DNA of 64,000 bases from Eledone cirrhosa (taxonomy: Eukaryota). The stretch lies in contig OZ024740.1 in the NCBI GenBank assembly GCA_964016885.1, positions 39,928,001-39,992,000 of the forward strand, written 5' to 3'. The translations under genes were made by a program, and so were the position numbers. Below the pieces are notes generated by a model. The model did no database searches and was not told where the DNA came from. It worked only from the letters and a program-made list of their open reading frames with translations. Positions 47,003-56,275 of the stretch are shown piece after piece (the stretch's first letter is position 1; the number at the start of each line of letters is the position of its first letter).

Positions 47003-47323
47003 TACGTATGGGTTACATCAAACATTAATAATTTTATATTTAATATTCGGCAAGTCTGGCCGTAACTCACTCGGTATGCAAATGAGGCTACTCAGCCAAC
47101 GTGTACTTAAGAAAATACTATATATTTTCAACCATTCAACAGACTGGCAGAGGTATACAGTCTTGATGAAGAGTAATGACTCAGAAACATGTTGATTATT
47201 CCTCAAAGCCAGTGTTGAACTAACAGGTGACGATCGGTCACTGGCACGGCACAGCTTCAAATCGGGCCGTTGTTTACAAACAAATCGAACATTATTATTA
47301 ATGTTCGATATAACCCATACGTA
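47003..47323. mobile_element. MITE (~320 bp) with 30-bp TIRs, TA-flanked, Tc1/mariner-type
   Basis: TACGTATGGGTTACATCAAACATTAATAAT ... ATTATTAATGTTCGATATAACCCATACGTA (2 mismatches in 30). Confidence 0.85.
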
Positions 47324-47476
47324 TATGTATGTATGTATATGTATGTATGTATATATACTGTATATGTGTGTGTACTTGTGCAAACTTACATATATATATG
47401 TTAGGTAATTCCAAAGGAAAAAAGAGTGCTCTATGTATAGAACAGAGCTATTTAATTAGAAAGTGAACAACACAAT

Positions 47477-47558
47477 ATAACTACTCCATTACCAAAGGTT
47501 TCTGGATCCCAGACAATATTAATGTACGCCTGGATCGGTCATCAGACAGAGATGTTAT
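47477..47558 (-). ncRNA. Minimal type I hammerhead ribozyme motif (minus-strand copy, sense to BRAP pre-mRNA)
   Basis: Exact reverse complement of 47,662-47,743. Confidence 0.72.
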
Positions 47559-47661
47559 GGATAAAAAATATGAAATAAGATTTAAAATCTGTTAAAAATT
47601 GGAAGTGGCCTCACTTCCAAGTTTTTAACAGATTTTAAATCTTATTTCATATTTTTTATCC

Positions 47662-47743
47662 ATAACATCTCTGTCTGATGACCGATCCAGGCGTACATTA
47701 ATATTGTCTGGGATCCAGAAACCTTTGGTAATGGAGTAGTTAT
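47662..47743 (+). ncRNA. Minimal type I hammerhead ribozyme motif
   Basis: Stem I ATAAC-AT-CTCTGT/ATGGAG-TA-GTTAT; core CTGATGA (47,675-47,681); stem II GATCC/GGATC; GAAA (47,718-47,721); stem III ACC-TTT-GGT; GUA cleavage triplet ending at 47,730. Confidence 0.75.
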
Positions 47744-48584
47744 ATTGTGTTGTTCACTTTCTAATTAAATATATATATATATATATAATCATTATAGTTT
47801 TAACACCCACTTTCCCTGCTACCAAAGATTGGAATGAAATGTATAATCTATGTTGTTTAAAATACAATTCTACTTTAGTATTCAGTTTATTGAAATGTTC
47901 GTGTTGAAGTTATTATAACTTGAAGAATCAATTTGAATTTAGAGATGGGAAGGGTGACATATTTCAAGGCCGTTAAAGGGACATATGTTGTCTGTTAATA
48001 TCGATCATCGCAATTATAAGGTTAACAAAACAAAAACAAGTATTTTAATCAGAATTACTATTGGATGTAGTAATCGTTATTTTTAATGTGTACAATACTT
48101 GAAATTAGTATCTAAAAATGTCAGGAAATTCCAAACTAATTAAGCGAGGTACTGAGAATATCGAATTCATCACATTCAGCCTTTAGTAGGTAGATTCTAT
48201 TTATATAAACATGTAAACAAAAACATTAATAAAAACAGTATTCGTGCTCTCTCCATATAAATAATGAAGAGTACTTATATTATATATATGTATATATATA
48301 TAAATATATGAGAGAGAGTAACGGATTAATGCTGGTCTCTTAATGACTCTTAAAACAATTAGAATATTTTATTTTGAGAAAGAATTCGACCTGCTAGAAG
48401 TAGCATCCAGATCTCCCTAAAATTATACCCCACCATCTTAAAATGGAAGAAAAATCGTACCCCTAAAAAGATAGGATGATCGCGATTGAAATGGGTTTTT
48501 TTTAATTATAAATTTGTTCGATCAGTTGACCTGTGGTTAAACAACAACATGACTAAGATCTAAACTGGTTATATAGTATATACG

Positions 48585-48730
48585 TATCGTCTGGTCTCTC
48601 CTTTCACTACGATCAAACAGTTAACTGCTATAAATTATATATATATATCGTCTGGTCTGTTTTTCACTACGATCAAACAGTCAACAGCTACATATAATGT
48701 ATATATATATATAATCAAAGTTAACAGCTA
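48585..48730. repeat. Short ~62-bp tandem duplication (TATCGTCTGGTCT...TTCACTACGATCAAACAGT.AAC.GCTA)
   Basis: Two full copies and one partial copy, separated by (TA)n. Confidence 0.65.
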
Positions 48731-48957
48731 CAGATCATGTTTACGTTGCCTGAAATTATAATTGTTGTCCATGTTTGTTTTGTTTATATTTTTTTAGGTT
48801 AACATTTGCGTCATCCAATGAATGACTTGACATTTATTTTTTTCTGATTAAAACCTATCGATATTTTCCAATACTTCCTATTTGTCAGTAGACTATCCTA
48901 TTTATATTATTTATATATACACATACATATATATAGATATATCTATATCTACTTTAA

Positions 48958-49145
48958 GAAGACGGGTGAGGGAAATGGTAGACTGTCGGATTCAGTATAA
49001 ATTTTACGTTCTGAGTTCAAATCCCGCTAGAGTCGCCTTACAGACTTCCGGGTTGATAAAATACATCCCAGTTTTATACTAAAATCAATTGTTTAGCTTC
49101 ACCACTCTCGTCCAAAACTCGTGGTCGTTGTACCAATGTTACAAA
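48958..49145 (+). mobile_element. Decayed tRNA-derived Nin-like SINE
   Basis: GTTCTGAGTTCAAATCCCGC ... GGGTTGATAAAATA..CCAGT ... TTGTACCAA, collinear with the 34,436 copy. Confidence 0.5.
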
Positions 49146-49210
49146 TCAATATTTACGTATTTTAATTTAAGAAAGAAAAATTATTGAAGAATTAAATTGT
49201 TATATCAAAC

Positions 49211-49286
49211 CTTTATATTTGAAGGATGAAGGCACCAGATGATCATCATTAACTTCAATGCGAAGAATAGCCAGAGATACACGCAT
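49211..49286 (-). CDS. BRAP: BRAP coding exon 1 MRVSLAILRIEVNDDHLVPSSFKYK(A)
   Basis: ATG at 49,286; similar to the human BRAP N-terminus MSVSLVVIRLELAEHSPVPAGFGFSA; phase-1 donor AG|gtttga. Confidence 0.9.
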
Positions 49287-49335
49287 CTGTGATTTAGTTA
49301 ATAATTTCAACACAAAAAGACATCAATTTTATGCC

Positions 49336-49500
49336 TCATTTGCAACACAATCTGGCTGCCATTTTTGTCTAGCTTTCGTATGTTATATGTAAAAATTGAA
49401 ATTACGAAACGTTCCAGAAAAGAAACCATCCGAAAATTTAGCCACTACTTCCAGTATTATCTCCTTTCAGTAACTATATCAAACATATCAATGACGTAAT
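49336..49500 (-). promoter_or_regulatory. Probable BRAP core promoter/5'UTR: YY1-like AAAATGGC motif opening an 8-codon uORF; CRE-like TGACGTAA
   Basis: GCCATTTT at 49,358-49,365; uORF MAARLCCK* at 49,362-49,336; TGACGTAA at ~49,492. Confidence 0.35.
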
Positions 49501-49877
49501 ATTTCAGTCCACCTTCAACAATAGTCAGACAAATTTAATGAATGGAATTATTCGAAAGTATGACTGGAAAGAAACACTGTAAAATGGAAGTTTTATAAAA
49601 AGCCTCCGTTGTCAACAATTTAACAACGACAACAATGTGTTGTAAATATGTATAACATTAATACGATTTCAGTTAATAGAAATAGAATGAATTATACTTG
49701 GTTTGCAATCTTTAATAAACTGGTTAACGTATACGTTTCTAAAGTTATTCAGCAATTATGATCTGTTAATTACCATTTCTCAATTCCAGTTTTAATACTG
49801 AAAGCATTTTCAGAAGTTTGATTGCAAATCACCTTTAAAAAAATAATTTTTCATTAATTTATACTTTCGACAGACAG

Positions 49878-51215
49878 ATTGCATAGCAATAGCATAGTAA
49901 ATTGCTACAAAAGCAAAGGAGATGTATTAGAGAGAGGTAATTATAGAGGCATCAAATGGTTTGTGTGAGCTGTACAGTCCATGAATAGATGTACAACAAA
50001 CAAGGTGAGGGTTAGCAATGAGTACAGTGATGAATTCAAAGTGGTGGTAGGAATTCACTGGAGCTCAGTCATTAGTACACTTCTGTTTGTCATTGTCCTT
50101 CAGGCCATAATGGAAGAGTTTAATACTGGCACATCATGGTAACTCATGTATGCTAATGAATTCACGGTAGAGTTGAAGACAAAATTTAAAACATGGAAGA
50201 AAAAGACCTAAAAGCAATTTCAGTGAAAATGAATGTCTTAATATGTAGGAAAGTGGACAGGAAGCGGATACCATCAGGGAAATGGCTATGCTAGATATGT
50301 CAAAAAGAGGTGGGCAAAATTCTATAAGGTGCACGCAGTGTAATTTATGGACACACAAGAAATGTAGGGGGATTACTGGCAGCACTAAGAGCACATGTAA
50401 AATAGATTCCTTCAGTTGCCAAGATGCTCCAAAAGTTGTTGGCAGCTTTTGTTATCTAGGTGGCCTAATCAGCTGTAGGAGAGGATGTTCTGAAAGTGTA
50501 ATTGCCAGGGTAAGAACAGGCAGAAAGAAGTTTAAGGAGCTGGTACCACTGCTAACAACAAAAAGCTTCTCTCTCAAAATGGCGGGTTGAATGTATGATG
50601 CCTGCATCTGAACTGCAATGCTACATACAGCTGTATAAAGAAATGCAGAAAAATCCTGGTGAATGGGACTTGTGGAAGAAGCAGACCAAAGAAGACATGG
50701 GATAAGGTAGTGAAGACTGGCCATAAGAAACTAAACCTTACAACTGAGATAACTAAGGACTGGTGATATGTTGTACTGGAGAAGATCAACTTACTAACAT
50801 AAAATGACTAAATCTGACCCACCCACATGTCCCCTATCTCCTCATTGGCACTCCTTAGTAGCTATCCTTGCCATCAACTACACCCCTCTAAAATCCTGGC
50901 ACCAGTTATAATCCCTTAGTAGCTACTAACATCATAGTTACCACTCTCACACACACACGTGCTGTTCCCCTCCTCCCTGTCATATACTCTTAACATAATA
51001 CTTATTGTCCCTCCATCCTATAGCGTAGAGAGGGTTCTACATTTGAGTCAAACCTGACATCCACTCTAGTGCCAGGTTCCACAAAAAATATACCAATAAA
51101 ATGCACTCAGTAGAGCATGGAAACATGTAAATGAGAGGTCAGTAACTCCACTTCAGTATTGACTCAGTTGGTGAAGACCCATCCAACCCTTAGTAGCAGG
51201 AGAAATGGCGATGAT
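49878..51215 (+). mobile_element. Old, internally deleted RTE LINE fragment (family C-like) with 3'UTR
   Basis: Degenerate NCYKSKGD.LERGNYRGIK, CTQC..WTHKKC, RTG.KKFKEL motifs with several deletions. Confidence 0.8.
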
Positions 51216-51360
51216 GGCAATTATTTCTATATTATTCATTTGTAGTGGATAAATGTTATTCTTTGATGGATGTTTGATAAGAAGAATAATGCCATGATTG
51301 TGATGTTGACAATGTTTATTTTACAATAACAATGTGTGATAGAATTTATCACTACATTAA

Positions 51361-51902
51361 TTACTGGCTAGCTACTTCGAGCTAGCGTGTAACCATGTAT
51401 CAATACAACGATACAATATAACAGTGAGACGGAAGAATAGATGAAACTTACTATGAGTGTATGTATGTGTCTATTCTTAGTATACGTTATTCATCTCAAG
51501 GACTGCTGGTTTGTGGTCTCTTGTTTGTTGGCGTGGTCATGGCCAAGAAGGTGAGAACCTGTTAGGCCAGGAGAGAGAAAGGGTAAAAGGTCTGCTGATG
51601 CCTACATCGTTATCACTCACGGACTGTTGCTTCGGGTCTTCATTCTGGGTTCCCAAATTCCTTGTATTCATAATAAATCTATAGTTAGAAGGATGTGTAT
51701 ATGAGGTTGATTTATGATCAGCCATGTGGATATCGTCTCCCGGGAAGCTGGGGTCACAGGTCAAATGGTATGTATGTTTATCATCGTTGTCTTGACAAGA
51801 TAATGGTGGGAACCTTCCAATAATGGGTGGTACCAGAGGCAAGAAACCTCAGATTCGGTTTCGAATCTTAGCTGGTAAAACATAGGAGTATTCCGTTATA
51901 CA
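51361..51902 (-). mobile_element. Candidate solo LTR or unclassified ~540-bp insertion
   Basis: More GC-rich block starting TGTATAAC on the minus strand, bounded by TACATTAAT direct repeats (51,353-51,361 and 51,899-51,907). Confidence 0.35.
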
Positions 51903-51908
51903 TTAATG

Positions 51909-52245
51909 TGAAGGCATATGGCTTGATGGTTAAAGTATTGTGCTTACAATCGTGAGGTTTTGAATTCAATTCCCAAACTGGACGGTATGTTGGGTCCTTG
52001 AGCAAAACACTTTATTTCATGTTTACTCAGCTGTAGAAATGAGTTGTAATGTCACTGGTGCCAAGTTGAATCAGCCTTTGTTTCTGTCTTGGACAACATC
52101 AGTGGCAAGGAGTAGGGAGACTGGTATACATTGGTGACTGCTGGTCTTCCACAAAAACAACTTACCAGGGCTTGTGCCTCAGAGGGGAATTTCTAGATGC
52201 AAATCTCATGGTCATTCATGACTGAAGAGGCTCTATACCCTTTTT
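51909..52245 (+). mobile_element. tRNA-derived CORE-like SINE with a different 3' half
   Basis: Head collinear with the 36,680 SINE (GGCATATGGCTT..TGGTT; GAATTCAATTCCC; TCCTTGAGCAAAACACTTT; TTTACTCAGCTGTAGAAATGAG), then diverges. Confidence 0.7.
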
Positions 52246-53261
52246 ATTCATTAACATGGGTGTCATGATTAATTAATCACCTGTATTCTTTGCCTCTGTC
52301 TTCCACCCTCATACTTTACCTTTCAGCCTGTCCTATCACCTCTTAAGTCTTCCAGTGTCCCTCTGGTGTCTTTTAGTTCCCACTTTCAACACCACTGATT
52401 TAATACAGATCAATAAGGTGGTTTTATTTCCCTATATACAATTGTTTGGAACAAAATAGAATGTTGAGTCAGCATAATAAGACATCATTTATGATTCATC
52501 ACTGTAGTTAGATGAAACATAGAAAATAAGGAAAATTCATTCGTGGCTTAAATAAAGTGTCTCAATATTTATACCAATGGTCATAATAAACATGATGTAC
52601 ATAGCTATTTCCAATAATGATTTCTTATATTGGTACAGGAGCTGAAATTTGTAGAGGAGCATAGTAAATAGAATCAACGCTATTATATGACTGGTACTTA
52701 ATTTAATGATTTGGTTGGATAAAAGGAAAAATCACTTTTGTCGTGATTATAATACAGAACATAAGGCATTTCGTCTGATCCTTTATCATTTCTGCCATTT
52801 CACCATTTCATCACTCAAAATATTTCAAGGGTGGAAATTTGAGAAAATGAATTCTTATTGACTTCGAAGTGATGAAAGGTAACATTGGTTTAGGCAAGAT
52901 CTTACCCAGAATGTAGGACTAAATTTATTTGGAAATAGTTTACGCAAGTTAATAAATTTGATTTAATAATATTTACAATTAAAAAATATCTAAATGAAAC
53001 AAAAAAAAAGGGAAAGGTGAAGAAGAAAAAGAAAAAAAGGAATCAATAACAAAAGAAAAGCGGAGAGGGGGAAGACCCCCCACACACACACACACACGCA
53101 TCCTAGCCCAAATGGTGATTCGGCCATGCCCCACAAACAGAATGACGACGAAAGCACCACAATGGATAATAGCCAGTGATATCTGCCATAACAGCCACCA
53201 GACTAAATTAAATACAATAAAACATTTAGTTTATTACTAAAGAGCCTTTACACTTTTGGTA

Positions 53262-53930
53262 ACAATTATTTCTACATTTGGCACAAGGCCAGCAATTTGA
53301 AGAAAGGGGAAAGTCAAATAAATTGACTTCAGTGTGTTACTGGTGCTTTATTTTATTGACCCCGTAAGGATGAAAGGTAAAGCTAACCTTGCAGGATTTG
53401 AACTCAAAATGAAAGGGCTGCAACTAAATGTCACAAAGCATGTTGTTTGATGTTCTACCAATACTGTCAATCCACTTATGGTAATAATGGTTTCTGATTT
53501 AGGTACAAGGCTAACCATTTTTGGTGGAGGGGAAAGTATATTAAATGGACCCCAGTGCATTACTAGTACTTTATTTTATCGACCCCCATAAGGATGAAAT
53601 ACAAAGCTAACCTCCGTGGGATTTGAACTCATAACGTAAAGGGCCGTAACTATATGCCGCAAAGGTAATAATGGTCTTTAATTTCGACATAAGGTCAGCA
53701 ATTTAGTAGTGCCAGAGGTGTAAAATCGATAAAATCGACCCAGTAATTGACTAGTACTTTAATTACCACCCCAGTACTTGATCGATACTTTATCGACCCT
53801 AGTACTTGGCTGGTACTTTATAGGACCGAGTACTTGATTTATCGGCCCCAATACTAGACTGGTACTTTATTTATCGACCCCAGCATTCGACTAGTACTTT
53901 ATGTTATCGATTCCGGAGTTAATTTCAGTG
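53262..53930 (-). mobile_element. Tandem cluster of about three Nin-like SINEs, the last with an amplified ATCGACCC.AGTACTTGACTGGTACTTT unit
   Basis: Repeated GGATTTGAACTC and CCCCGTAAGGATGAAAGG motifs at ~53,360-53,405 and ~53,580-53,630; ~6 short units at 53,730-53,910. Confidence 0.7.
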
Positions 53931-55081
53931 GGGTATACAACAACAGCAAGCAACTGTAACTTAAGAATGTTTGTTTTCATTGGTTTTTAAGGATGACTTA
54001 AGATCTAAAATGTAAATGTTTCTTTAAAAGATGTCAGAAACAAAACAAAATTTGAAGGTATTATTTATGATTATATTAGCATTGAAAATCGGTTCATTAG
54101 GAACCCATGTGAAATATTAAAGACTTAGAATTAACAAAGATAAAGATTGGTGGTCGACATTTAACATCTATCATTTGGAGCCGCCGACTACAGAAATACT
54201 ACTTCATTCTTCAAATAATATTTTCTCGCAATAATAAATTTATTAGCCTATAAAATATAAAAATTATAAATCTAAATATATTTTAAATTGATCATTAAGT
54301 TTTGTCAGTGAAAGCTTATATTATTTGTTTACTTGTAATATACGAAAATAAATGTTATAGTCTTTCGAATATTCCGTATTTCTAACGTTGTCGCCATATT
54401 CAACATGATTGTTAGAAGCAGAACCAATTTGGTGTCCTGCATTTAATTTGTTGACAAATTCTTCTTTATTTTATACATTCAAACTTTCTCTATTATTTTT
54501 CTAATTAGTAAGTGGAATTTCATTTAAACTTACTATATCTATCTGTCTATTTTAGCAATAATCTTGATCTTAATCTATTCCTCATTGAACAAGTAGCAAA
54601 ACGTTTTAGGTATCTCCTTATGTTAAATAAACATTTGTGTTAAAACGTTTGAACTTTCACCCTTATATCCATTATATTTATCGAATTTTAATAATAAATA
54701 CTTTTATAAAACTAAAATTTAATTTGTATAACTTGAAATTATATTATTTCAATAACTGATGTTTATTTGCAAATTTTTTCATGTCAAACTTTTCTTTTAT
54801 GTTGTACGTATATTAAATTCCGCATGGATTCTGTTTTTTCGTGAATTTTCGTGTTTTTTTTATTTTATAAACTTCCAAACCATTTTTTTAATTTGTAATT
54901 TTTATAGTTAATTAATAAATAAAGCTATATCGATAATTAAGTTTTCAATATAACTAAACGTTATCCCATCTTAATTTTGAAGGCATAAACTTGTCCTATT
55001 TTCTTTTCTACTAACTTAACCAAGGTTTCGGACATATGTAAGTCATTATTTCTTCTGTTTTGTTTTTAGCTCTATTCGAAA

Positions 55082-55232
55082 ATGGATTTTTTTGATCAGG
55101 AAGCTGAAGTGTCTTCCGATTCTGATGATAGCTCGTTGTCGGATCCTATTGAAGTTAAAAAGAAAAAGAAAGAAAAAAACGTTCGTAAGAAAAGAACAAT
55201 TGATGACGACGATGAAGAAGAAGAAGAAGACG
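55082..55232 (+). CDS. SUPT6H: First coding exon of a probable transcription elongation factor SPT6 (MDFFDQEAEVSSDSDDSSLSDPIEVKKKKKEKNVRKKRTIDDDDEEEEED)
   Basis: Strong acceptor (tctgttttgtttttag, exon starts at 55,070), ATG at 55,082 and donor G|gtgagt at 55,233. The acidic F..EAE.S start plus basic and acidic tracts resemble the Spt6 N-terminus. The exon is well supported; the gene name rests on only 50 low-complexity residues. Confidence 0.6.
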
Positions 55233-55261
55233 GTGAGTTTAAGAGTTAAAGTAACATTCCT

Positions 55262-55835
55262 GAACTATGTTAATACTAACTCAATATGTTAATACTAACT
55301 AAATATTTTAATATTAACTAGATATTAAAATTTTAATTAAATATTTTGATATGTTGATATTAACTAAATATTTTAATGTTAACTAGATATTTTAATATGT
55401 TGATATTAACTAAATATGTTAAACATGTTAATACTGACTAAATATGTTACTAACTAAATATTTTAATACTATGATAATAATAACTAAATATGTTAATACT
55501 AACTAAATATTTTAATACTATGATAATTGTTTCTACTATTGGCACAAGGCCAGAAATTACTCAGTACATTACTGGTACTTTATTTTATCGACCCTGTAGG
55601 GATGAAAGGCAAAGTTAACCTCGGTGGGATTTGAACTCACAATGGCAAGGGCCGTAACTCAATGCGTCAAAGCATGGTGTCCGACCCTCTACCGATACTG
55701 CCAAAACTGATAATAACTAAATATGTTAATACTGTGTAAATACTAACTAAATATGTTAAAACTGATTAAATATGTAATACTATGATAATATTAACTAAAT
55801 ATGTTAATACTAATTAAATATGTAATACTAATTAA
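55262..55835. repeat. AT-rich ~19-bp minisatellite (TAACTAAATATGTTAATAC) interrupted by a SINE
   Basis: Many degenerate tandem units on either side of 55,528-55,705. Confidence 0.8.
55528..55705 (-). mobile_element. tRNA-derived Nin/Deu-like SINE
   Basis: Closely similar to 38,067-38,243; TGATAAT on both flanks (possible TSD). Confidence 0.85.
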
Positions 55836-56099
55836 TATACACACTTGACTATTTATATTTCACAAATGTTAAAAGGAGCTGTAATTACTACAAGAACAGT
55901 TAGTCTTAACTCCTACTGATGTTCTGTTGAAAATAACATTACACCATAACAATTACTTTTTTCTTATATATGTTAATATTATTTTACATTAAACATGTGA
56001 ATTAATATAAATTTTACTACTTCCACTACAATTGTTAGAATTTCCAATGGTTAAACCGTTTGTTGGAATCTTTTTTGTAGCCATCCCTTTGGGCATTTT

Positions 56100-56275
56100 C
56101 TCCCACAATATCAGATATTAGCTAGTTTATTCACTATTTCTATATCTCCCACAATATATATTAGCCAGTATTTCTGTGTCTGCCACCTACAATATCATAT
56201 ATTACCCAGTATATCTAGTATTTCTATGTCTATCTCCCACAATATCATATATTAGCCAGTATATCTAGTATTTCT
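56100..56275. repeat. Degenerate ~45-50-bp tandem repeat (CTCCCACAATATCATATATTAGCCAGTATATCTAGTATTTCT)
   Basis: About four copies abutting the RTE break point. Confidence 0.7.

Larger units (their letters stand above)
47400..47771. mobile_element. Penelope-like element pseudo-LTR remnant in inverted (palindromic) configuration, inserted in (TA)n
   Basis: 159/160-bp inverted arms (47,449-47,607 and 47,612-47,771) containing a hammerhead motif; (TA)n on both flanks. Confidence 0.7.

Noticed and set aside
55038-55069. GTAAGT...AG mini-intron before the SPT6-like exon
   Set aside because: Only 32 nt, too short for a typical metazoan spliceosomal intron
55092-55292. 66-aa Lys-rich ORF in the provided track
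   Set aside because: Wrong frame; the ATG at 55,082 frame, bounded by canonical splice sites, gives the sensible acidic protein
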